The notes under the pieces were generated by a model. It saw nothing but the letters and a program-made list of their open reading frames with translations, had not been told where the DNA came from and made no database searches. This document shows, piece after piece, positions 50,660 through 59,072 of a DNA stretch of 64,000 nucleotides; position 1 is the stretch's first letter; every line of letters starts with the position of its first letter. The translations under genes and the position numbers were made by a program. The stretch is from Candidatus Nanoarchaeia archaeon (lineage in GTDB: Archaea > Nanobdellota > Nanobdellia > SCGC-AAA011-G17 > GW2011-AR18), in assembly GCA_035288845.1 (NCBI GenBank), contig DATDZB010000001.1, forward strand, positions 9,092-73,091. The letters are read 5' to 3'.

Positions 50660-51910
50660 ATGCTTTCAACTGATGAAATTAAAGTTAAAAACAAGTTAAT
50701 AGATTTAGAGCTTCCAATTATTTTATTTTCTAGATGTTCAAAAGAAGGAATTGCTTCAGCTTCAATTTTAGCAAAGACATTGCAAAGATTAAATAAAAAT
50801 TTCTCTTTAATATTTTTTAATAATTTAGATGATAACAAATTAACAGAATTAAAAACACATAGAAGCGAACAAGTTGTTATTTTAGATCCATTAGAAACTG
50901 AAAAAATACATAATTATTTGTATTTGTTTAGAACAGAAAAAACAGTTTCAGAAAAATGTTTTGAAGTAGCTAAGTCTATTGATTCAAAAAATATTGATTT
51001 AATTTATTTAACTTTAATTTCTTTAGAAAATGTAAATAATAAGTCATTAATAGAAGAAACTGAAAATTCAGGAAAAGTAAAAAGAATAAAAGGTCTAAAA
51101 ATTCTTGGTTCAAATACAAGACCAATAAACAAAACAATTGAATTATCTATAGATCCATTTATTGTAAGTTTTTCAGGTTCAGAAGAAAACTCAATTAATT
51201 TATTTAAAGATTCAGGAATAAGTTTGAAAACTGCAGAATCATGGACTTGTTTAATGGATTTAAATGAACTGCAGATTGAAAAGTTAATTACTTCTTTATC
51301 TCTAAACCAATATCCAATTGATGAACTATATGAAACAAGATTTATTTTAACAGATGAAAAAAGAAATAGTCCATTTAAAGACGTTCATGAGTTTTCTTTA
51401 TTTTTAGAAGCATGTATTAATTGTAAAAAACCTAGTATAGCAGTTGCTAAATGTCTTAATAGTATTTCATTTACAAATAGATCATTAGAATTATTAAAAG
51501 ATTATAGACAAGACATAATCAAAGCCTTGTCTTTATTCTATATATCAAAAGATGATTCAATAATAAAAGAAAAAGAAAATTGTATAATTATAAATTACAA
51601 AAATTTAGTTTCAGAAAATATTTTACATAAAGTAGTTGATTTAATACAAAACTCTAAAATTTATGAGAAAAAGAAAAGAATTGTTGCTATTTGCCAAACA
51701 CAATTAGAAGAATTAAAATGTGTTATTTCATTTTTTGACAATAAATCAGATGCAAATATTAAGAATTTAATAAGTTCTTTACCTGGTGAAATAAAAGTAG
51801 AAAATCTAGAAAATTGTATAATATTAAATTCTAGTTTAGATTTAGAAAACAAAATTCTTGAGTTAATTCTAGAACATATAGAATCTGTAAGAATAGAAGA
51901 AATAAATTAA
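50660..51910 (+). CDS. Degenerate DHH-family RecJ-like protein
   Basis: Position between rps15 and rps3ae; GIASASIL, TRPI.K.I..S.DP, EFS..L.AC; DxD and DHH motifs lost. Confidence 0.7.
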   Translation: MLSTDEIKVKNKLIDLELPIILFSRCSKEGIASASILAKTLQRLNKNFSLIFFNNLDDNKLTELKTHRSEQVVILDPLETEKIHNYLYLFRTEKTVSEKCFEVAKSIDSKNIDLIYLTLISLENVNNKSLIEETENSGKVKRIKGLKILGSNTRPINKTIELSIDPFIVSFSGSEENSINLFKDSGISLKTAESWTCLMDLNELQIEKLITSLSLNQYPIDELYETRFILTDEKRNSPFKDVHEFSLFLEACINCKKPSIAVAKCLNSISFTNRSLELLKDYRQDIIKALSLFYISKDDSIIKEKENCIIINYKNLVSENILHKVVDLIQNSKIYEKKKRIVAICQTQLEELKCVISFFDNKSDANIKNLISSLPGEIKVENLENCIILNSSLDLENKILELILEHIESVRIEEIN

Positions 51911-51945
51911 TAAACATTGAAAATATCTAATTAAAAGTTTAACTT

Positions 51946-52281
51946 ATGGTAGACGGACATAAAATAATTGAAAGTGTTAAAATAGAAATTTTTCTTGAAA
52001 AAATTAAGTTTATTGATAAAAATGATATTGAAGCAATAGATGAACATGCATTTTTTCGTTTAAACATAAAAGATAGGAAGACTTTTAAAGATAAAATAAT
52101 TAATGAATATTTATTAGGTGCCGACCCAATATTTGTAGGCATACAGAAAAATGAAGCTTGGGTTGTAATATATAATTATAATAAAGAGCAAGCTTTAAAA
52201 ATTATACTAAATATAGGATTAAATAAAGTATTAATAATTACATTTTATATTATAAATAAAAATAATATTCCACGAATATGA
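51946..52281 (+). CDS. Putative toxin (RelE/DUF4258-like) of a TA pair
   Basis: Small protein with HAFFR and C-terminal IITFY, ATGA-coupled to a DUF2283 gene. Confidence 0.55.
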   Translation: MVDGHKIIESVKIEIFLEKIKFIDKNDIEAIDEHAFFRLNIKDRKTFKDKIINEYLLGADPIFVGIQKNEAWVVIYNYNKEQALKIILNIGLNKVLIITFYIINKNNIPRI

Positions 52282-52661
52282 AAAAATCAGAAAAAATATT
52301 AAAAGGAAAAGGACAAGCAGACTATGATTATAAAAATGATATTCTCTTTTTTAAAACAATTAATAGAAAATATAGTTCATCTTTAGAAGCAATAAACTTA
52401 GTTTTAGATCTAGATGATGAAAATTTTTTAATAGGTATTCAGATATTTGAAGCATCTAAATATTTAGGTTTTTCTAAAAAACAGCTCTTAAATATCAAAG
52501 CATGGCAATATCAAGCTAGAATTCATGAAGGACAAATAGAGTTAAAACTTGCTTTCACAATAATGGAAAGAAATAAATTAAAAAATAATGAGAAGGTAAT
52601 AATAAATCAACCTTCACCAGAATATATTCAAGAAACCCCGATAATGGTTTGTGAAGCTTAG
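52278..52661 (+). CDS. DUF2283-domain protein (putative antitoxin)
   Basis: DYDYKNDILFF...LDLD...IGIQIFEASK. Confidence 0.8.
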   Translation: MKKSEKILKGKGQADYDYKNDILFFKTINRKYSSSLEAINLVLDLDDENFLIGIQIFEASKYLGFSKKQLLNIKAWQYQARIHEGQIELKLAFTIMERNKLKNNEKVIINQPSPEYIQETPIMVCEA

Positions 52662-52725
52662 TTTATTAAAATCTATAAATTCTAACTAAAAACCTTTATA
52701 AACCCTTAAAATTCCCAAATCTAAA

Positions 52726-53310
52726 ATGGCTGAACAACCAGAAAAAGTACATGTAAAGGATCTGAAGAAAAAGAAGAAAAAATGGCTTACTATTTTAGCT
52801 AGTCATGAATTCAGAGGCCAAGAAATAGGCGAAACTTACATAGAAGAACCTGAACATGCATTGGGAAGACATCTTAAAGTTAATTTAATGACTTTAACTA
52901 AAGATCCGAAAAGACAAAATTATAATGTTTATTTTAAAATTACAGAAGTTAAGAATAATCAGGCTTTAACAGAATTAGTAGCTTATAAAATGCAGTTAGC
53001 TCAAATAAAGAAAATAACCAAAAAAGCTAGAAACAAAATTGAAGATTCTGAAGTATTTGAAACTAAAGATAAGAAAAAAATGGTTATTAAACCAGCTTTT
53101 GTAACTAAAAGCATGACTTATAAAACATCATTGTCATCTGTAAGATTAGAAGCAAGAAAATTCTTAGCAGCATATGCTAAACAGACTGAAGCTTCTTTAA
53201 TTTTACAAGATATAATTATGAATAATTTACAAAGAGAATTAAAAAATGCAGTTAAAAAAATAGTTCCAGTTACAACTTGCAATATTAAGGCTGCTTATGT
53301 AGAAGAGTAA
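52726..53310 (+). CDS. rps3ae: 30S ribosomal protein S3Ae (eS1)
   Basis: KKKW..I.A...IGET, LGR, KIEDS, TKD; synteny with rps15. Confidence 0.92.
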   Translation: MAEQPEKVHVKDLKKKKKKWLTILASHEFRGQEIGETYIEEPEHALGRHLKVNLMTLTKDPKRQNYNVYFKITEVKNNQALTELVAYKMQLAQIKKITKKARNKIEDSEVFETKDKKKMVIKPAFVTKSMTYKTSLSSVRLEARKFLAAYAKQTEASLILQDIIMNNLQRELKNAVKKIVPVTTCNIKAAYVEE

Positions 53311-53344
53311 ATCTTTTAAAGTAATTCTAGTTCGTTTTTCTTAA

Positions 53345-53475
53345 GCCACCGTGGCTCAATGGCAGAGCAGCTGACTTGTACCTGATCATCTGATGCTTAA
53401 TTGCAAATGATCTTAAGTGATCAGCAGGTTGGGGGTTCAACTTAGATTTTATCTATGAAAGTCCCTCCGGTGGCT
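53345..53475 (+). tRNA. tRNA-Thr(UGU) with two introns: 53381-53419 (37/38) and 53442-53461 (59/60)
   Basis: GCCACCG/CGGTGGC acceptor stem, GCTGA/TCAGC anticodon stem; BHB helices CTTG/TAAG and TTCA/TGAA. Confidence 0.93.
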
Positions 53476-53535
53476 TTATTATATTTAAAAGAATAAATAA
53501 TGAAATAAATAGGTGAAAAACCAACATCTATTAAT

Positions 53536-54138
53536 TTAATACCCTTTATGGATTACCAATTTAAATTTATTATTTTTTAATCTAGGTTTATTATAAATTT
53601 TTTGCAAGAGATAACCTATTATAAAAAGATGAAAGATATAACTAAAGATATGTTCAATTTGCATTGTAAGTCTCATAAAAATTGTTGATGAAATTTTTAT
53701 ATCCTCTGAAACATTCAAATAATATACAGAAGAACTAAAAATAGAGTGTTGAAATTTACCTTGCAATGGTAAATTATCTTCAGCCCATACTAGTCCACTT
53801 TGCTCTGAACTATAAAGGGCACCAAATAGAATTATTATGAAAAATGAAAATAAAAGATAACTTATAATTAAAAATGGAAGATTATAGCTTTGTAATAAGT
53901 TGTGAAATGCAATACTAGAGATAATGATTAAAATAAGCAATACCCCTAGGATTAAAAATAATACCTTCCAATTTAATAAAATTGGAGTAAATAAATAACT
54001 AACAACAAAAGAAAATAGAGCAAGAATATTTAAGATATTAATAACTTTCCAAAAGATATTCATTTCTTTCCAAGTTTTAATGAAATATTCTTTTATTTTT
54101 ATTCTAATAGGGCAATAATTACATAAATTTTCTTCCAT
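53536..54138 (-). CDS. Membrane protein, possible degenerate ion-channel pore domain
   Basis: About five TM helices; FGALY...FS...DI...R....E pattern without a GYG filter. Confidence 0.55.
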   Translation of the reverse strand: MEENLCNYCPIRIKIKEYFIKTWKEMNIFWKVINILNILALFSFVVSYLFTPILLNWKVLFLILGVLLILIIISSIAFHNLLQSYNLPFLIISYLLFSFFIIILFGALYSSEQSGLVWAEDNLPLQGKFQHSIFSSSVYYLNVSEDIKISSTIFMRLTMQIEHIFSYIFHLFIIGYLLQKIYNKPRLKNNKFKLVIHKGY

Positions 54139-54362
54139 AAATTAAATACCCTAAAGAACTATATAAATATATTTTAAGCCAATTAAATATACAAATCAAA
54201 GTAAAAAATGGTAGGCATGTATGAAAGAAAAATTCAGACTAGTAGCACCTTGGAACAGTATATAACAAGGGAAGATGTTAACTATATAATTATAATTCCA
54301 AAAAAGAAATAATCTTTAAGTATGAAAAATCCAAATATTCTAATTAGAAATGAATAGAAATA

Positions 54363-54400
54363 TTTATAAGTAAGCTTATCTTACTATAAGAATAACTTAT
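54363..54400 (+). promoter_or_regulatory. TATA box and two tandem palindromic operators of the vapBC locus
   Basis: TTTATAA at 54363; GTAAG-N5-CTTAC (54370-54384) and ATAAG-N5-CTTAT (54386-54400). Confidence 0.55.
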
Positions 54401-54414
54401 TAGAGAATATAAAT

Positions 54415-54687
54415 ATGACTATTGAAACTACGAAAATGTCTAGTAAAGGACAGATTGTAATTCCTCAAGATATGAGAGAGGAGTTAGGATTAGAAGAAGG
54501 AACATTATTTGTAGTAATAGGTACTAAAGATACAATTTTTCTTAAAAAATTAGAAATGCCTTCAAAAGAGAAGCTAATTAAAGATTTTCAAGAGATTGCG
54601 AAAGAAGGAAGGAAAAGAGCTGAAAAGTTAGGAATAAAATCTGAAAAAGATATTAACGAAATTATTCATAAATCAAGAAAAAAATGA
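54415..54687 (+). CDS. vapB: AbrB/MazE/SpoVT-family antitoxin
   Basis: TKMSSKGQIVIPQDMREELGL. Confidence 0.92.
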   Translation: MTIETTKMSSKGQIVIPQDMREELGLEEGTLFVVIGTKDTIFLKKLEMPSKEKLIKDFQEIAKEGRKRAEKLGIKSEKDINEIIHKSRKK

Positions 54688-55085
54688 AAATTGTTTTTGA
54701 CACAAACATTCTGATCTCAGCAACACTTTGGGAAGGAAGCGTTGCGCAAAAAGTGTTGTTTAAACTTATCCAGGAAGATACTATAATTTACACTTCCAAG
54801 GAAATTCTTGAAGAATATAAAAAAGTTCTCAAAAGAGATTTCAAATACACAGAACAAGAAGTAGAAACAATTTTAGAAAAGATCTTACTCTTTGTTCAAA
54901 TTATAGAACCAAGTGAAAAATTAGATATAATAAAAGCAGATCCAGAAGATAATAAGATATTAGAATGCGCAGTTGCATCAAAAGCAGAATACATTTTAAG
55001 TTATGATAAAAAACACTTACTAATTCTTAAAGAGTTTCAAGGTATACTTATTTTAACACCAGAACAATTCCTAAAAATCACCTAG
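54684..55085 (+). CDS. vapC: PIN-domain toxin
   Basis: VFDTNILIS, DPEDNKILECA, SYD; ATGA overlap with antitoxin. Confidence 0.93.
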   Translation: MKIVFDTNILISATLWEGSVAQKVLFKLIQEDTIIYTSKEILEEYKKVLKRDFKYTEQEVETILEKILLFVQIIEPSEKLDIIKADPEDNKILECAVASKAEYILSYDKKHLLILKEFQGILILTPEQFLKIT

Positions 55086-55094
55086 ACTAAAGAA

Positions 55095-55136
55095 ATTAAA
55101 AAAATAAAAAAAACTAGATCCACCCAAAAGATCTAG
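55095..55136 (-). terminator. Hairpin plus T-tract terminator candidate
   Basis: CTAGATC-N8-GATCTAG (55115-55136) followed on the minus strand by T-runs. Confidence 0.5.
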
Positions 55137-55153
55137 CCATAATGCCACCCTAT

Positions 55154-55408
55154 TTATTGAAATTTATATTCTACACTAGTAGATCCTCCTGCTTCTTTTC
55201 CATCAAAATAAATAACTCCTTCATCTCTTAAATAACCTAAACCACGGTTTAAATCAGTAGGACCAATATCTTCTCCTACACGTTGTCTAAGACTACTATA
55301 AAAAGGACCACCAGCCAATTTACTTGCTCTTTTTTCTACAAATACTGCTCTTACTAACGGAACTAGTCTTTCAACAACTTCCGCATCTACACAATCTGTT
55401 AATTCCAT
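55154..55408 (-). CDS. Small hypothetical protein, possible winged-helix
   Basis: LNRGLGYLRDEGVIYF resembles a wHTH; GGAGG Shine-Dalgarno. Confidence 0.6.
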   Translation of the reverse strand: MELTDCVDAEVVERLVPLVRAVFVEKRASKLAGGPFYSSLRQRVGEDIGPTDLNRGLGYLRDEGVIYFDGKEAGGSTSVEYKFQ

Positions 55409-55657
55409 GTTTATTCCTCCGGTTTAAACGTTCCCTAATTTTCTCAGAAAGTAATTCTAACGCCCTCAGAAAAAATTAGTAAGAGCGTTAAAACATAATA
55501 TGGATAATAATCACTAACACAAAGATACTATTAATTATCTTATGTTGTGACTTCATGCTAATTATTATGTAAGTTTTAATATATAAACATTATTGTCTTT
55601 TATCTTATAAATTAATTTAGTAATCTTTTTATTAGTTTTCTTTAAATCAATATCTAT

Positions 55658-55743
55658 GGGCTCGTAGTTTAGCGGCTATAACGCAACCTTGACGAGTAAT
55701 CTCAAAGTGGTTGAGGTCGCAAGTTCGAATCTTGCCGGGCCCA
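55658..55743 (+). tRNA. tRNA-Val(GAC) with 13-nt canonical intron 55695-55707
   Basis: GGGCTCG/CGGGCCC acceptor stem, CAACC/GGTTG, GCAAG TTCGAAT CTTGC; BHB helix TTGA/TCAA. Confidence 0.94.
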
Positions 55744-55803
55744 TTAGAAATCTTTCAATAAATTCTCAAGAACAGTTATAAACAAAATTACAAAAGCAAG
55801 TTA

Positions 55804-56316
55804 ATGAAAAATATATTCTTAATTTTATTAATACTTTTAGTTACAAGTTGCACATTCAAAGAAGAAATAAAAACAGAAAATGCAACTGTAAAAGAAATAA
55901 TAGATGGAGATACTTATTTAGTTGATATAAATGGAACTGAAGAAAAAGTAAGAATTCTAGGCGTAGATTATCCAGATGTAACAAAAAGTAGAATGAAAAA
56001 CTTCTTAGATCTAAATATTACAGAAATTAGAATAAAAGAATGTTATAAAAAAGGAAAAATAGAATTACAAAACAACTTAGTTGGAAAAAAAGTAATATTA
56101 AAAAAAGATCCAAAAGAAAGTAATAGAGATAAATACAAAAGATTACTAAGATATGTAGAAATTAATAATACAGATGTTGAAACATGGCTTTTAAAAAATG
56201 GTTATGCAAGATTTTATGATCCAAATAAAGAACTTTGTAGCAAATGTATAGACTATTATATTTTATATGAAAATGTAAGTACTTCAAAAACTGGGTGTTT
56301 ATGGTCAGAAAGTTAA
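55804..56316 (+). CDS. Thermonuclease (SNase)-family lipoprotein
   Basis: VTSC lipobox; IDGDT, VRILGVD, DKYKRLLRYV, GYA. Confidence 0.92.
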   Translation: MKNIFLILLILLVTSCTFKEEIKTENATVKEIIDGDTYLVDINGTEEKVRILGVDYPDVTKSRMKNFLDLNITEIRIKECYKKGKIELQNNLVGKKVILKKDPKESNRDKYKRLLRYVEINNTDVETWLLKNGYARFYDPNKELCSKCIDYYILYENVSTSKTGCLWSES

Positions 56317-56355
56317 ATAGAAAATAATATAAGAAGAATAAAATAGAAAAACAAT

Positions 56356-56910
56356 ATGCCTAAAAAAGAGATAGATCATAAAGAAAAAAAGAAACTACTA
56401 AATCTTTCAGAAATAAGTTTAATTCTAGATACATATGAAGATATTTTTTCAGATTTTGACCCAAGACCTTTTACTGAAAGAGCATTATCAGATGATTTTT
56501 TACTAGAAGCTAAAAAAGCAGCTAGAGATAAAAATAATCATGTTCAATTGAATTTTTTAATACCTAAAAATAAAAGAGATTTAAATGAAGAAAAATTAAT
56601 CAAACAAAGATTAAAACAACATTTTGAAAAACATTATTCTAATTTGGAAAGAGATAAAAATAAAATGCTTAAAAGAGGAATTATGTTTATAGCAGCAGGA
56701 GTTATTTTAATGTTATTTGCTTCTTTAGTATTATTAAAAGAAAAAGGTGGATTTTTATCTGCATTTTTAATAATTTTACTTGAACCTGGTGGATGGTTTT
56801 TATTTTGGGAAGGACTTTACCAAGTAATATTTGAATCTAAAAAGATGAATCCAAATTTACATTTCTATGGAAAAATGAAAAATGCAGAAGTAAGTTTCTT
56901 AGGTGTATGA
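56356..56910 (+). CDS. Hypothetical membrane protein
   Basis: LDTYEDIFSDFDPRP...GWFLFWEG; two TM helices. Confidence 0.75.
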   Translation: MPKKEIDHKEKKKLLNLSEISLILDTYEDIFSDFDPRPFTERALSDDFLLEAKKAARDKNNHVQLNFLIPKNKRDLNEEKLIKQRLKQHFEKHYSNLERDKNKMLKRGIMFIAAGVILMLFASLVLLKEKGGFLSAFLIILLEPGGWFLFWEGLYQVIFESKKMNPNLHFYGKMKNAEVSFLGV

Positions 56911-56912
56911 AT

Positions 56913-57377
56913 TTATTTAGTAAAATCAATAACTATAGGTTTAACAATCCTTTTCCAGTCTTCAGCTTTCATTCTAATAGAATTAGTATGTAATCCAGCA
57001 TTAAATTCAATTTCTAAATTATTAAGTAAAGAAGGATCACAATAAACCTCTAATCCATATAAATTTCCAAAAGGAGGAACACTTCCAATTTCACAATGAA
57101 TGTTACTAAGAACTTCTTCAGGACTAGCTAAACTTGCACTTTTAGTATTTAATATTTCTTTAATTTTATTCCAATCTAGTTTCTTAGAAGCACTTAAAAC
57201 AAAATTGTAAAATTTACCAGAACTTCTAACAACCATAGATTTAGCACCTTCTTCCAATTTAGCATTTCTAACTCTTGCTGCATCTTCGCTTGTAAAAACA
57301 GACTCATGTTCTAAAACTTCATATTTAATTTTATTAGAATCTAAAAACTTCTTAATTTTTTCAAAATCTTGTTTCAT
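56913..57377 (-). CDS. YbaK/ProX-type aminoacyl-tRNA editing domain protein
   Basis: GAKSMV, GSVPPFG, FNAG. Confidence 0.9.
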   Translation of the reverse strand: MKQDFEKIKKFLDSNKIKYEVLEHESVFTSEDAARVRNAKLEEGAKSMVVRSSGKFYNFVLSASKKLDWNKIKEILNTKSASLASPEEVLSNIHCEIGSVPPFGNLYGLEVYCDPSLLNNLEIEFNAGLHTNSIRMKAEDWKRIVKPIVIDFTK

Positions 57378-57424
57378 AATTTTGTAACAATATCTTTAAA
57401 TATAAATTTAACTCTAAAATACTA

Positions 57425-57655
57425 ATGGAATGGAAAGAAATTTTTATAGTTTCATCAATTATTGGTGTAATAAGTTATTTTTTTACACTTACTAATTATC
57501 TTCAAATTTCTTCTCCACTTTTTGGAGTTATAGCTGCAGGTTTAGTTTTAAATAAAAAATTAAGTCCAAAATCTTCTTGGGGAATATTTATTGGAATGAT
57601 ATTAACTGGTTTAATATCTATAATATTAGAACTATTATTTTGGTTATTTTCATAA
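57425..57655 (+). CDS. Small membrane protein
   Basis: Three hydrophobic segments. Confidence 0.55.
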   Translation: MEWKEIFIVSSIIGVISYFFTLTNYLQISSPLFGVIAAGLVLNKKLSPKSSWGIFIGMILTGLISIILELLFWLFS

Positions 57656-57695
57656 AGAACAAAATACTTAAATATAAATTTTACAAGCTTTTATT

Positions 57696-58280
57696 ATGGC
57701 AAGATTATTCAAAGAAATAGGTTGTCCTGGTTGTAATGCCGAATTTAAAACTATACCTACAAAAATAGGAAAATATTGCCCAAATTGTAAAGAAATTATA
57801 TTTATTACCCAGCAAGCAAAAAAAGAACAGCTAAAAAATAAATTAGATGAAGAAAAACTTCTAGAAAAAATAAAAGAAGCTTTAGAAGGTAAAGAAAGAA
57901 ATGATTTTTTAGATGATTTCTTAAATGAAGCTTTAGATCCATTATTTGAAAATAAAAGCGAAGAAGAAGATTTTATTACTTTAATTTTTAATGATAAAAT
58001 TGGAAAATGTAATGGTTGTGGAATAAACTGCGAACTTATTTCTGGTTCAGATAAATCTTGTTCTGATTGTGTTGGTTTAATAAATATTGTAGGTGATTTT
58101 GAATTGGACGTAAGTCAAGGTAAAGAATTAAGTGAAAGAAGCTTACTAATTCAACTCAGAGAATGGATGACTGAAAAAAAAGAAGTTAGAGATAAAGTGT
58201 TTGATCCATTCCTAGATAATTTATTAAAAAAATTAATTCCAGATAAGAAGAAAAGAGAAAACATTATTCGTAGTGTCTAA
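57696..58280 (+). CDS. Double zinc-ribbon hypothetical protein
   Basis: CPGC..CPNC and CNGC..CSDC. Confidence 0.7.
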   Translation: MARLFKEIGCPGCNAEFKTIPTKIGKYCPNCKEIIFITQQAKKEQLKNKLDEEKLLEKIKEALEGKERNDFLDDFLNEALDPLFENKSEEEDFITLIFNDKIGKCNGCGINCELISGSDKSCSDCVGLINIVGDFELDVSQGKELSERSLLIQLREWMTEKKEVRDKVFDPFLDNLLKKLIPDKKKRENIIRSV

Positions 58281-58285
58281 AAAAT

Positions 58286-58480
58286 TTATTCAGGAATAAT
58301 TTTAAACTTTTTACTTAACCCAAACTTAGATCTAATAACTGTAAATTTTTTTATACCTAATTCTTCAGCATGCTTCTTAGCAGCAGCTTCAGTTAAAAAA
58401 GTCTTTAATCTAGAAGTTCTATTTCTTTCATTACCTTTAGGGATATATCTCAATCTCCTAGTATGCATTTTCCTAACCAT
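58286..58480 (-). CDS. Small highly basic protein
   Basis: 64 aa, Arg/Lys-rich, RLKTFLTEAAA. Confidence 0.65.
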   Translation of the reverse strand: MVRKMHTRRLRYIPKGNERNRTSRLKTFLTEAAAKKHAEELGIKKFTVIRSKFGLSKKFKIIPE

Positions 58481-58502
58481 ATAATCTGGAAAAAATTAGC
58501 CT

Positions 58503-58970
58503 TTAAAAAGCTTCCTCTACTAATCCCCCTATTACAATGCCCCAGTCTACTATTTTAATTGCCTTTTTATGCAATGTTCCATTAATTCTCAAAGGAATTC
58601 TTCTAGAAGCATTTAAAATTTTGTCTGCTAAATGGTTGTAAGGAAAACGAGAAGAAACATAATTTTGAGTATGTTGGCCAACTAAATAAACTGGTGAATA
58701 TTTTTCAATTGGTCCGTAAGTACTTTTAAAACCACCAGATTCTAAAACTACTCCTTCATTTCCAGGATCTAACCAAAAAGCTGTTCTAGATAAAACTCTA
58801 AACTGCATATTACCTGCTTGTTGCCAAAGACCCGTTACTGTTACATCTCTTTCAACCTCAGAATAATGATGTCTAGCCAAAAGCTCAGGTAGAGAATCAT
58901 AAGGTACTTTTCTAGGCAAAACTAATTTACTTTTCATTAAATTTTCCAGCACTTTATCAATATTAACCAT
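58503..58970 (-). CDS. Hypothetical protein
   Basis: 155-aa ORF. Confidence 0.55.
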   Translation of the reverse strand: MVNIDKVLENLMKSKLVLPRKVPYDSLPELLARHHYSEVERDVTVTGLWQQAGNMQFRVLSRTAFWLDPGNEGVVLESGGFKSTYGPIEKYSPVYLVGQHTQNYVSSRFPYNHLADKILNASRRIPLRINGTLHKKAIKIVDWGIVIGGLVEEAF

Positions 58971-59072
58971 TAAACTAAAAAATCCAAAAAGGCTATAAAT
59001 CTAACGTTAAAGATAATACTCAAAAATATACTTAGCGTTATGTTTATATATAAATGAATTAAAATAAATTCT

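Noticed and set aside
53381..53419. Nested intron inside the tRNA-Thr canonical intron
   Set aside because: Internal stems exist but bulge/helix geometry is imperfect
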